NCBI GenBank assembly: GCA_965247995.1
Contig: OZ252041.1
Span: 728,377-792,376, forward strand
DNA: 64,000 bases
Direction: 5' to 3'
DNA from: Dehalococcoidia bacterium
Lineage (GTDB): Bacteria > Chloroflexota > Dehalococcoidia > UBA6926
Below, piece after piece: positions 19,358 through 28,310 of this stretch. The position numbers and the translations under genes are program-made. The notes under the pieces were generated by a model that was not told the DNA's origin, ran no database searches, and worked only from the letters and a program-made list of their open reading frames with translations. The first letter of the stretch is position 1, and every line of letters begins with the position of its first letter.

Positions 19358-20233
19358 TCAGTAATCGTCGTCGTCATCCTCATCCGGGTCGAAATCGGGC
19401 TCCGTCGGTGGTGGGGGCCCGACCTCCGGCCGGACGGACAGCTGGGGCACCCTTGCGCCGATTCGTTCGTCTCGCCGGCGGCTGCGGTTCGGGACTTGCC
19501 GGATGGCCTCCAGGACGTCCTTGAGGGCCCGCGCTTCATCGACCGTCCCAACCGTCACGACGATCCCCGCGAACCCTGCGTCTCGCAACTGTTCCAATTC
19601 TCCCTTTCCCCAACTCGCGGATGCGGGGACCAGCAGGTTTTGCCCGACGCCCGTGGCGATAGCCGAATACTCGACCATTGCGCCCAACGTCAGCGTTTCA
19701 CCTGGTGCTGCATCAACCCAGACCACGTCGCACGGCAAGCAGTCAACCGCGCGCAGCACTCTGTCTTCAGTGCCTGCCGGGACGGTTGCGACTACCGACA
19801 CGTCCTCATCTCCCAAGAGGCGCACCGGCGTTTCCGTGGCGTCGACGACTACGAAATCACAGCCAGCTTCCTTCAGTTGGCCGTGCGCCGTTTCGGAGAG
19901 GACACCCGCCCTGATGCCCCAGGGAGCCTCTCCGATCCCGGCTGGAGAGCTGGGTTTCGTTCGACCTGATGCCCCGAAGGGGACGACCACGAACTCCGCG
20001 CCGTTCTCCACGGCCGCGGATGTGATCTTGTCGCTGGGCTTCGAGATGTACGCGATCAGGACCAGCGGCGGCGCTCGTTCCGGTCGGGCGGCGGGCGCAA
20101 ACCCCATGGGTTGTGGCGCGCCATCGGATACGCGTTGAAGGCGGTCGACCAGTCTGCTCACGGCACCTCGCGTATAACCCATCGCTGTTCGAACAAGATC
20201 AAGCAAGCAACAAGCGCGGTCGCCTTGCTGCAC
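19358..20233 (-). CDS. Hypothetical protein with alternating strand/helix pattern and a poly-acidic C-terminal tail
   Basis: 291-aa ORF ending PPPPTEPDFDPDEDDDDDY. Its stop is 16 nt upstream of the HAD gene start. The start codon is uncertain (internal Met candidates). Confidence 0.55.
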   Translation of the reverse strand: MQQGDRACCLLDLVRTAMGYTRGAVSRLVDRLQRVSDGAPQPMGFAPAARPERAPPLVLIAYISKPSDKITSAAVENGAEFVVVPFGASGRTKPSSPAGIGEAPWGIRAGVLSETAHGQLKEAGCDFVVVDATETPVRLLGDEDVSVVATVPAGTEDRVLRAVDCLPCDVVWVDAAPGETLTLGAMVEYSAIATGVGQNLLVPASASWGKGELEQLRDAGFAGIVVTVGTVDEARALKDVLEAIRQVPNRSRRRDERIGARVPQLSVRPEVGPPPPTEPDFDPDEDDDDDY

Positions 20234-20277
20234 GCAGGCGACCGCCCTGCCACCAAGTATATCGGGGCGCTACGTCC

Positions 20278-21231
20278 TTAACCGGGAGAGGGGAATGTGA
20301 GTCCGCCCCGGGCGCGGAGTTCCACCGGCAGCAAACTTGCGTAGAGCACCTCGTGCAACGGTGTTGGAACGTGTGACGCGCGCCCCAAACGCACGACCGC
20401 CCCGGTCTGCGCGTCGAGTTCGGACCTCCGGCCTTCCGTGAGATCGCGCTGCATCGATAAGGTGGCGTTCGCGGGCGACGCTTCCGCATAATCCAAGGCA
20501 CGCTCGACGGCATCGTCTCCCAGTTGTACGCCGCGGGCCCGCGCTACTGCCGCTACCTCTGCCATCGCCTGCTCCAACATCGACCGCGTCTCGGGAACCG
20601 AGCAGATCACACCGAGGGGAGCCCCAGTGACGGAACCGACTTCGCCGACCGGCGTCACGAAGAGAAACTTCTCCCAGACGGCTGCCAGGATATCCGGCGC
20701 GATCTCGACTCGGAATCCTGGCGAGACGTCGAAGGTGTCTCGCAAACGTTGGATTCGCTGCGTATCCCGGTTGTCCAGCTCACCGACCGCCATGTACGGC
20801 TCATTTCCGGTATGGCGGATTACACCCGGCTCAGCAACGGTGCTGAAGATCCGGCACATTCCGCCCACAACCCTCCCGGGGCCAACTTCTTCCGCAAGCT
20901 CCGTGGCAGCTTCGACGCCGTTCTGGAGCGGCACGACCAAGGTCGCATCGTCGATCAAGGGCCGCATCATTCGCCCCGCTTCGGGTAACTGCCACGCTTT
21001 GACGCCTACGAGCACCACGTCGACGGGGCCGGGTCCGGACGGATCATCGGTCGCGACGACCGGGTGGACTAGCGCGTCACCCTTCAGACTTTCGAGACGC
21101 AACCCGTTGTTACGGATCGCTTCCAGGTGATCCCCACGCGCGATGAAGATCACTTCGTGGGCCATCGTCTCCGCGAGCCGACCCCCGAAGTAGCCACCTA
21201 CTGCGCCCGCTCCGAATATCGCGATCCGCAT
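20278..21231 (-). CDS. panE: 2-dehydropantoate 2-reductase (ApbA/PanE family)
   Basis: Track ORF is trimmed to ATG 21231 (MRIAIFGAGAVGGYFGGRL Rossmann motif). Family-typical C-terminal S.L.D...GR.SE.D...G. Confidence 0.85.
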   Translation of the reverse strand: MRIAIFGAGAVGGYFGGRLAETMAHEVIFIARGDHLEAIRNNGLRLESLKGDALVHPVVATDDPSGPGPVDVVLVGVKAWQLPEAGRMMRPLIDDATLVVPLQNGVEAATELAEEVGPGRVVGGMCRIFSTVAEPGVIRHTGNEPYMAVGELDNRDTQRIQRLRDTFDVSPGFRVEIAPDILAAVWEKFLFVTPVGEVGSVTGAPLGVICSVPETRSMLEQAMAEVAAVARARGVQLGDDAVERALDYAEASPANATLSMQRDLTEGRRSELDAQTGAVVRLGRASHVPTPLHEVLYASLLPVELRARGGLTFPSPG

Positions 21232-21343
21232 GTCGATATCGTAGCTATCCGCGCGGGCCCGGTCAGGCTTGGGCATAAGAGGTGTGCGGCCAAGGACCCG
21301 GCCCATCCTGTGCTAGGCTCGAAGTCGAGGCGAAATCGCGAAA

Positions 21344-21604
21344 ATGCTGGTCCTAAATCTGGTGTTGTGGCCGGTCCGGGCCCTTAGATGGCTCCTGTTT
21401 GCGCCGTTGCGGTTGGCCCGTGCCGTTCTCGCATTTCCAATCCGCGCGATCGCGTTTCTGCTCGGCACGCTGAAGTGGTTGCTGCGGTCCGTGGTCACAT
21501 TCCCACTGCGCTTGACCAAGGCTGGGATCGCGCTCCCGCTTCGACTGCTGCGAGTCGCAATAACCGCGCCACTCCGCCTTCTGCGCTTGATCTTCCGGCT
21601 CTAA
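21344..21604 (+). CDS. Possible small basic protein built of seven 11-residue repeats
   Basis: 86-aa ORF in the panE/eamA divergent spacer. Pro (or Leu) recurs at residues 10, 21, 32, (43), 54, 65, 76 with a P-[LIV]-R-[LA]-x-[RK] unit. Whether it is coding is uncertain. Confidence 0.35.
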   Translation: MLVLNLVLWPVRALRWLLFAPLRLARAVLAFPIRAIAFLLGTLKWLLRSVVTFPLRLTKAGIALPLRLLRVAITAPLRLLRLIFRL

Positions 21605-21653
21605 CGAACACTCTGTCCGGCCAGCGGGCTGGCTGAACCCCGGCGCTCCCTCC

Positions 21654-22553
21654 ATGCGCCCTCGTATCCCCGTTTCCTGGGTGCTCGTCCTGGGCGTCGC
21701 CGCGGTCTCGACCGCCGGTGTGATGATCCGCCTGGCCGACGACGCACCGACGCTCGCCATCGCCGCGTATCGGATGGCGATTGCTTCCGCAGTGATTGGG
21801 CCCATCGCGGTCTTGGCGAGTCCACGATCTCCGTCTCTGACACTTGGTTACAAAGATGTCGCGCTGATGGCTGGATCTGGACTGTTGCTCGCAGTCCATT
21901 TTGGCCTGTGGATCGGGTCCCTCAAGTACACGTCCGTGGCCAGTTCCGTGGTGCTGGTCACCAGCAGTCCGCTTCTGGTGGCCGTTGGTTCGTGGCTCCT
22001 GCTCAAGGAGCGGGTGACGCGCCAGGAAGTTGTCGGAATCGCCTTTGGCCTGATCGGAGGCGGTTTAATCGCCGTTGGCGACCTCACGCTCGGCGGGAGG
22101 GAGTTGTTGGGCGATGTGTTGGCGTTCGGCGGCGCGGTCGCAGTCGCCGGGTATCTGATGGTCGGGCGGCGCGTCCGTGCTGGGTTTCCCACCCTCACGT
22201 ACGCCGGAATCGCCTATCCGGTGGCAGCCATGGCGTTGGTTGTTGCCGCTCTCGTTGCGTCGTTCGGAGTCGGGCTTCAGCTAACCGGCTTCGAGGGCGA
22301 GACCCTGTTGTGGCTGGTGCTCATCGCACTCATCCCGCAAGCGATCGGCCACACGTCGCTGAACTGGGTCCTGGGCCACGTGTCCGCCACGGGGGTCGCG
22401 ATCGCGATCATGGGTGAACCCGTTGGTGCGTCGGCCCTTGCGTGGTTGGTCTTGGGAGAGGCGCCGTCCCTCGCTACCGTCGTTGGCGCGACTTTTCTCC
22501 TCACGGGGGTGTATTTCGCCATCAGAGGCAATCCAGGGAGGCCGGTGACCTAA
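21654..22553 (+). CDS. EamA/DMT-family transporter
   Basis: 299 aa, ten hydrophobic segments, two EamA-like halves. Confidence 0.85.
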   Translation: MRPRIPVSWVLVLGVAAVSTAGVMIRLADDAPTLAIAAYRMAIASAVIGPIAVLASPRSPSLTLGYKDVALMAGSGLLLAVHFGLWIGSLKYTSVASSVVLVTSSPLLVAVGSWLLLKERVTRQEVVGIAFGLIGGGLIAVGDLTLGGRELLGDVLAFGGAVAVAGYLMVGRRVRAGFPTLTYAGIAYPVAAMALVVAALVASFGVGLQLTGFEGETLLWLVLIALIPQAIGHTSLNWVLGHVSATGVAIAIMGEPVGASALAWLVLGEAPSLATVVGATFLLTGVYFAIRGNPGRPVT

Positions 22554-22629
22554 CGCGGCGCCACGCTATGCTTGGTGCGGACCGCTGCTGGGCGGACGGG
22601 ACCGAGGACGACGGCAAGAGGAGCACACG

Positions 22630-23826
22630 ATGGATTACCAGTTCACCGCCTCCGACGAGGCCTTGAAACGTGAGGTCGCCGAATTCGTAGCCAAGGAGTG
22701 GGATCCCGGTCCCTTCGACCACGGAAGCATCAGTTGGGACCACGTTACCGAAGAGGCGGACGTGATCACGCGTGCTTTCCGGAAGAAGCTCGTCAACAAG
22801 GGTTGGTGGACGATGCACTGGCCCGAGGAGCACGGCGGGCAGGGCGTCAATATCGGCACCCAACTCGCGTATCGGGAAGCAATGGCCTACGCGGGTGCTC
22901 CTCAGGCAGTCGGTGGCGGGCTTGTCGCTCCGGTGCTGATGGTTATTGGCCAGGACTGGCAAAAGAAGGAGTTTCTTCCTCCGATCGCGAACGCGGACAT
23001 CGAGTTCTCCCAGGGTTTCAGCGAACCCAACGCGGGTTCGGACTTGGCCGGTCTTCAGACACGGGCTGTGCGCGACGGCGACGACTACGTCCTGAACGGC
23101 CAGAAGATCTGGGGCACCTATCGGAACAAGTGGATGCACATCCTGGTCCGTACCGATCCGGAAGCGCCGAAGCACCGCGGGATCAGCTATCTGCTCGCTC
23201 AACTGAAGGACGAGGACGGCGCCTACTTCCCGGGCGTCACCGTGAGAGCCATCCCGGATGCGTTGGGCCGTCACCGGTGGGACGAGTTGTTCATGGACAA
23301 TTACCGGGTCCCGGCGCGAAACATCATCGGCGAGGAGAACCGCGGCTGGTACGCGGCCATGACGACGCTTTCGTTCGAGCGGTCGAACATCGAGGCATCG
23401 GCGACGTTGACACGGATCATCGAGGACTACATCGAATACAGTCGCCGCTTGAAGCGGCGCGGCCTGCAGAGTCCGCTCGACAGTCCTGTGTTTCGGAACG
23501 AAATCGCTGACCTGCGCGTCGAGATCGAGACGTTGCGTACGCTCTCCTACCGCGTGGCATGGATGCAGAGCAACGGTGAGATTCCCCAGAAGGAAGCGTC
23601 GATGACGAAGCTTTGGGGGGACTCGCTCGACCAGAAGGTGTACAAGCGGCTCTCGTGGGGCCTGAAGGAGTACGGCGGGCTGATGCCGGGCAATCGGGTT
23701 CCATCCCCGGCGGACGGGATCCTCAACTGGCGCGGCTACTCGCACCTGGTGGTGACGATCTACGGCGGGACGAACGAGGTCCAGAAGAACATCATCGCGC
23801 AGCGGGGTCTTGGTCTGCCGCGGTAG
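22630..23826 (+). CDS. Acyl-CoA dehydrogenase family protein
   Basis: 398 aa. ...FSQGFSEPNAGSDLAGLQTRA.RDGDDYVLNGQKIWGT... and C-terminal IYGGTNEVQKNIIAQRGLGLPR. Clear paralog of 34374..35588 and 35651..36850. Confidence 0.9.
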   Translation: MDYQFTASDEALKREVAEFVAKEWDPGPFDHGSISWDHVTEEADVITRAFRKKLVNKGWWTMHWPEEHGGQGVNIGTQLAYREAMAYAGAPQAVGGGLVAPVLMVIGQDWQKKEFLPPIANADIEFSQGFSEPNAGSDLAGLQTRAVRDGDDYVLNGQKIWGTYRNKWMHILVRTDPEAPKHRGISYLLAQLKDEDGAYFPGVTVRAIPDALGRHRWDELFMDNYRVPARNIIGEENRGWYAAMTTLSFERSNIEASATLTRIIEDYIEYSRRLKRRGLQSPLDSPVFRNEIADLRVEIETLRTLSYRVAWMQSNGEIPQKEASMTKLWGDSLDQKVYKRLSWGLKEYGGLMPGNRVPSPADGILNWRGYSHLVVTIYGGTNEVQKNIIAQRGLGLPR

Positions 23827-23918
23827 CTGAGCTCTGGGAGCGCACGCGGGCGAGGTGAGGCTGGGATCGGAGCTTGTTGGACGGGTCCGGGTCCCGATCG
23901 CGCGTTGTTGTTGTGAGA

Positions 23919-23994
23919 TGGAGCCAGCGATCGGACTCGAACCGATGACCTGCGGTTTACGAAACCGCTGCTCTACCGTCTGAGCTACGCTGGC
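23919..23994 (-). tRNA. tRNA-Thr (anticodon CGU), CCA encoded
   Basis: Reverse complement GCCAGCGTAGCTCAGACGGTAGAGCAGCGGTTTCGTAAACCGCAGGTCATCGGTTCGAGTCCGATCGCTGGCTCCA. It has a 7-bp acceptor stem, anticodon loop TTCGTAA and T-loop GGTTCGAGTCC. Confidence 0.9.
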
Positions 23995-24048
23995 CCGTAT
24001 CTAAATCGGCCCGCCGCACCGCTCCACTGCAAACATTCTGCTAACGGA

Positions 24049-24243
24049 TCAACTCGCGAGCCGCCGTTCCAACACCTCTCCCGCCTCATCATCCGATGCT
24101 GGCATGACGTGGCCTTGGGTGTCGACCGTCGTCTGAATGCAGGCGTGCCCTAGTCGTGCCTGCACCACGTGGATCGGAACTCCGGCTGCTGACAGCGGAC
24201 TCGCATGAGTATGCCGGAGATCGTGGAAACGTACATCGTCTAG
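24049..24243 (-). pseudogene. C-terminal relic of a tyrosine recombinase / phage-type integrase
   Basis: Hand translation: GLDDVRFHDLRHTHASPLSAAGVPIHVVQARLGHACIQTTVDTQGHVMPASDDEAGEVLERRLAS*. Box II HDLRHT and LGH are present. The position of the catalytic Tyr (Y.H) reads Q-G-H. Everything N-terminal of box II is missing. Confidence 0.65.
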
Positions 24244-24558
24244 GCCGCAGTACTTTTCCGGTATGCCATCCTCCTCAAGACCGGGAACCCCGCAGCGGTG
24301 AACACGAGCTTCATCCTCTTCTTCCTGTTCGTGTTCTTGACGCCGGTGTTCGTTCCGTTAGAAGCGATGACCGACTGGATGGCGACCGTCGCGAGCTACG
24401 ACCCTGTCACCTCCCTGCTCGGTGCGCTGCGGTCTATCCTCACGGTCGGCTGGGATTTGGACGCACTTGCCAAGGGCCTCTTGTCCATTGCCGGAGTGGG
24501 CGTTGTCAGCTTCACGCTGGCACTCCTGGCTCTTCGAGGTCGGGTAGCCCGGCGCTGA
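24244..24558 (+). pseudogene. C-terminal fragment of an ABC-2 type transporter permease
   Basis: Open frame from 24244 (the track ORF starts at GTG 24298): ...NTSFILFFLFVFLTPVFVPLEAMTDWMATVASYDPVTSLLGALRSIL... is the conserved last-two-TM region of ABC-2 permeases. No N-terminal part or cognate ATPase gene is present. Confidence 0.55.
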
Positions 24559-24737
24559 AGCGGCGGGGCGAGCGGACGCCCATCTATTGAATTAGGATTT
24601 CGATTGGCAAGTGCTTCTTGGGCCACCTCCGCCTGCCATTTCTGTGCAACCTCAACAGTGGCAGAGGACGGTTCTTCGACTTTCCCGTGCGGTTGCCGGC
24701 TGTGTTGGTGGGTGATCGAACATTCCTGACTCCGGGT

Positions 24738-25442
24738 TCACGCTTGCTCCGGTGACACGCCACCTCGTTCAACCAAGGTAATCGCCTCCTGGGAATCTAT
24801 CGCGTCGAGGTCGATCCGCGGCGGCGAAGATATGCCGCCTGACAGCACCATAGACATGGCTTGTTGAACAGACATTGTCGTGTCGTATATGTGCTGGATA
24901 GGGATCATGGCCACCCAGCCTGAATTAGGCGTTGGTGCAGTCGGCAAATAGACGACTCCCATCACCGTTCCTGGGGTCACAGTAGACACCCCGGTGAGAA
25001 AACCAACCATCCACGTATCTTGTTTCGGGTACTCGACGACAACGACCCGCTTGAACCCGGCCGCGCCATCTCCCGCGAACGACTCGATGAGCTTGCGCGC
25101 GGGACCATACACGGCGCCGATTACGGGGATGCTGAGCAAGTAGTGCTGGAGTTTGCGAATTGCGCGACGGCCAATCTGTTTGGTCCAAATGAGGCCGAGC
25201 AGATAGACGATCAGCAACAACGTGGCCACGCCCAGCCCAGGGATCGTCCGCCCGACCATCTCCTGGAGTGCAGGTTGTAAGAGCCCATCGATGTTGTTGA
25301 AAATCCATAGAATCAAGACGTAGGTAATTGCGATCGGAAAGAGGATCAGCAGACCGGCAATGATCGATTTGCTCAAGTGGTTCTTTACATTCTGGATGAC
25401 CGATCGTTTCTGCTGCTGTTCCATTAGACCGTATTGCTCCAA
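24738..25442 (-). CDS. DUF502-family membrane protein
   Basis: 234 aa. N-terminal TM with GLLILFPIAITYVLILWIFNNIDGLL, later VVYLPTAPTPNSGW typical of DUF502. Confidence 0.7.
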   Translation of the reverse strand: MEQYGLMEQQQKRSVIQNVKNHLSKSIIAGLLILFPIAITYVLILWIFNNIDGLLQPALQEMVGRTIPGLGVATLLLIVYLLGLIWTKQIGRRAIRKLQHYLLSIPVIGAVYGPARKLIESFAGDGAAGFKRVVVVEYPKQDTWMVGFLTGVSTVTPGTVMGVVYLPTAPTPNSGWVAMIPIQHIYDTTMSVQQAMSMVLSGGISSPPRIDLDAIDSQEAITLVERGGVSPEQA

Positions 25443-25700
25443 TTCATGGTGATGTTCTGGGCTCTCCTGCCCGTCTCGATTTCCGTGAGTCTATGAATCA
25501 ACCTATTGATATGTCAATCTGGGTGGGGCTTCGACCGGACGGCGTTGGCGGTCTTGTCTTCGCGCTGAGGCGCCCTTCGAAGCAGGGGCTGGTGGGGATT
25601 CTCCCGTGGTCCCGGTGGCGGGGACCGCACGCCAGCCGTTCCGGACCCCTAGCGCGTAAGATAGGGGTAAGACTTTCCTTAGACTGGCACGTTTCTTCGT

Positions 25701-26744
25701 ATGACGCCCGACATTACTTCTCCCGATCAGCACCCTGTGGTCACCGGACCGGACGTAGGCGACAAGAAGGGACGCGTGCTTTCTGGCGCGCGCCCGACCG
25801 GCCGGCTGCACTTGGGCAACTACTTTGGCGCGATGCAGAACTGGGTGACGCTGCAGGACTCGTACGATTGCTTCTACTTCGTGGCGGACGTCCACGCGCT
25901 GACGACGGAGGAGGACTCCCACGGGATTAGCCAGAACACGCGGGAGATGGTGCTGGACTGGCTGGCGGCGGGGCTCGATCCGGAGAAGAGCACGCTGTTC
26001 GTGCAGTCGCACATCCCGGAGGTGATGGAGCTCCACACATATCTGTCGATGATCACGCCGATGGGGTGGGTGCAACGGGTGCCGTCGTTCAAGGAACAGA
26101 TGCGGTTGCATCCGCAGGGGATGAACTACGGGTTGGTTGGCTACCCGGTGCTCCAGACGGCGGACATCATCATGTACAAGGCGGACACAGTGCCGGTGGG
26201 GCAAGACCAGGTACCGCACGTGGAGCTGGCGCGGGAGATCTCGCGGCGCTTCAACGAGCGGTTTGGGCCGGTGTTCCCCGAGCCGCAGTCCCTGCTCTCC
26301 GAGGCGCCGATGATCCGGGGCCTGGACGGGGAGAGCAAGATGAGCAAGAGCACGAACAACCACATCGAACTGGCGGCGACGCCAGAGGAGACCGCAGAGC
26401 GGGTGATGAGCATGGTGACGGACCCGCAGCGGCGGTACCGGACTGACCCGGGCCGGCCGTGGGTGTGCAACGTGTTCGCGCTGCACGCGCTGTTCTCGCC
26501 CGAGGCGTGGCGGAACGAGGTGAACGAGCGGTGCCAGGCGGCGACGATCGGGTGTGTGGAGGACAAGCAGAGCCTGGCCTCGAACGTCAACGCGTACCTG
26601 GAACCGCTGCGTGAGCGGCGGCGGGAGTTCGAGGCCCGGCCGCAGGTCGTGGACGAGGTGCTGAGCGCTGGGGATGCGAGGGCGCGGTCGGTGGCGCGCG
26701 AGGTGATCGAAGAGGTCCGGGATCGCATCGGCTTCTTCCGGTAG
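25701..26744 (+). CDS. trpS: Tryptophan--tRNA ligase
   Basis: 347 aa. HIGH-type GRLHLGNY, KMSKS (ESKMSKS), GYPVLQTADI. Confidence 0.95.
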   Translation: MTPDITSPDQHPVVTGPDVGDKKGRVLSGARPTGRLHLGNYFGAMQNWVTLQDSYDCFYFVADVHALTTEEDSHGISQNTREMVLDWLAAGLDPEKSTLFVQSHIPEVMELHTYLSMITPMGWVQRVPSFKEQMRLHPQGMNYGLVGYPVLQTADIIMYKADTVPVGQDQVPHVELAREISRRFNERFGPVFPEPQSLLSEAPMIRGLDGESKMSKSTNNHIELAATPEETAERVMSMVTDPQRRYRTDPGRPWVCNVFALHALFSPEAWRNEVNERCQAATIGCVEDKQSLASNVNAYLEPLRERRREFEARPQVVDEVLSAGDARARSVAREVIEEVRDRIGFFR

Positions 26745-26808
26745 GGGCCGGGTCACGCCGCCGGAGTCGGCGTCGGGCCGATCGGCGGCGGAGGTCGCCG
26801 AAGAGGTT

Positions 26809-27570
26809 GTGCGTGCGGCCGGCGAGACGGTGCGATCGGCGTTTCGCGGCGCGATGGCGGTCGAGCGCAAGGGACGAGGCAATTACGTTACTGACGTAGA
26901 CCTGCGCGTTGAACGCGAGGTCATTGCGACGCTCGAACGCGAGTACCCGGAGTTCGCGATCGTGGGCGAGGAGACGGGCGGGACGACCCCAACAGATGGC
27001 GGGTACGCGTGGATCATCGATCCGATCGATGGCACGGCGAACTTCGCGCGCGGGATCCCGCACTTCGCGACGACCCTGGCGTTGATTGGGCCGGAGGGTG
27101 CACCGGTGCTGGGGGTGACGTTCGACCCGGTGCGTGGCGATTTGTTTGCGGCGGTGGAGGGGCTCGGCGCGCAGGTGAACGGCGAGTGGATGCGCGCGGG
27201 CGAGCTGGAGGCGATTACGGACGGGGTGTTGGGGATGGACCTGCCGTACGGGGACGATCTGGTCGACGCGTCGTTCCGGGTCGTCCAAGCCCTATTGCCG
27301 GTGCAACGCGTGCGCATTCTGGGATCCGGAGCGTTGGGGATGGCGTACGTGGCGGCGGGTTGGTTCGACCTTCACTTCCATCTGTCGCTGAAGCCGTGGG
27401 ACGTGGCGGCCGGTCTGCTGATGGTGCGGGAGGCGGGCGGCGAGGTGATCGACGCCGGCGGGCAACCAGCCACGCCGGATAGCGGGAGTTTTGTGTCCGG
27501 CAACGCGGCGTTGGTGCGCGAGTTCGTGGACCGGACGGCGAGGGTGGTGATCGGGTCAGATTCGGCTTGA
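26809..27570 (+). CDS. Inositol monophosphatase family protein
   Basis: 253 aa. VTDVD...E..I, GEE, WIIDPIDGTANF, WD.AAG. Confidence 0.85.
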   Translation: MRAAGETVRSAFRGAMAVERKGRGNYVTDVDLRVEREVIATLEREYPEFAIVGEETGGTTPTDGGYAWIIDPIDGTANFARGIPHFATTLALIGPEGAPVLGVTFDPVRGDLFAAVEGLGAQVNGEWMRAGELEAITDGVLGMDLPYGDDLVDASFRVVQALLPVQRVRILGSGALGMAYVAAGWFDLHFHLSLKPWDVAAGLLMVREAGGEVIDAGGQPATPDSGSFVSGNAALVREFVDRTARVVIGSDSA

Positions 27571-27729
27571 GAGACGGTCGTGCGCGGCGCGGGTGGATAG
27601 CGGGGAAACTTACTTGATACTCACTAGGCACCACGAACCGACGTACTCATGGGGGGTGGCTTGCCGCTGGGAGTGGTGGGCTTGGGGCTATTTCACCTCC
27701 TGTTCCACCGGCAGTACCCACCGTGCCAC

Positions 27730-27969
27730 TCACTGCGCTTTCTTGCCACGGCGTTCGAGCAGGTAACCGTACGCAAGACCAAGTATTCCGGAGATGCCCC
27801 CGACAACTATGCCGACGATGACAGCGCCGATCAGCACAAACGCAACCGGCACTTGATCGGTCATGTAGCTGCTTAAGGCACCGCTGAGTATTCCGGAGAT
27901 GCCTCCTATGAAGAAGTAGCGTCGGTATTCCCTGAACCATTGGGCGGTCGTTCTCGATTTGTCTCTCAT
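27730..27969 (-). CDS. Small two-TM membrane protein (possibly GlsB/YeaQ/YmgE-like)
   Basis: Track ORF is trimmed to Met at 27969 (MRDKSRTTAQWF...). Duplicated GGISGIL motif in two hydrophobic helices. Confidence 0.4.
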   Translation of the reverse strand: MRDKSRTTAQWFREYRRYFFIGGISGILSGALSSYMTDQVPVAFVLIGAVIVGIVVGGISGILGLAYGYLLERRGKKAQ

Positions 27970-28310
27970 GACGCTCCTAACTCCGAGGCGTAGCTCGGTA
28001 CTCGTGGGCGGTTGATCGGACAGCGACAGGTAAGGCGGTTGAACAGCAAGCCGCGCCATCCAAGAACCGGGGCTCTGAGGTCTGACCGTAGGAATTTTGG
28101 GAACCTTGCAGGGGAGCGATTTGTATCGGCGTATTCTACATGCGATGCGAACAACCCTTGCGCTCCTTGTTGCAGCCCTGATTGACTCCAGAGGTCAGGC
28201 CGCAATCGAGCAGCAGGCAAGGTTTTTGTGGTCGGGCTGGACCCGCGAGGCGGGCCGGCGGCCGGACGAACATTCTTGGGGAACGCGACATTGGCAGGAG
28301 CAAGCTGACC

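Noticed and set aside
25490-25700. Possible T-box riboswitch or Trp attenuator upstream of trpS
   Set aside because: I looked for the conserved T-box sequence (GGGTGGNACCGCG), a specifier UGG in a Stem-I context and a terminator/antiterminator pair. Only a GGGTGG at the wrong (5') end and a short GGTCCC/GGGACC hairpin are present, and there is no Trp-rich leader peptide. Not supportable without a covariance-model scan.
26707-26808. Possible upstream extension of the IMPase gene (frame open from 26707, encoding ...AAEVAEEVV before the GTG)
   Set aside because: There is no ATG/GTG/TTG in that stretch. Comparison with E. coli SuhB from memory suggests only about 8 residues would be missing, so GTG 26809 is an acceptable start.
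25503-26882. 459-aa minus-strand ORF overlapping trpS
   Set aside because: Arg/Pro/His-rich antisense frame of a clear trpS gene. 26587..27288 and 27966..28847 are rejected for the same reason.
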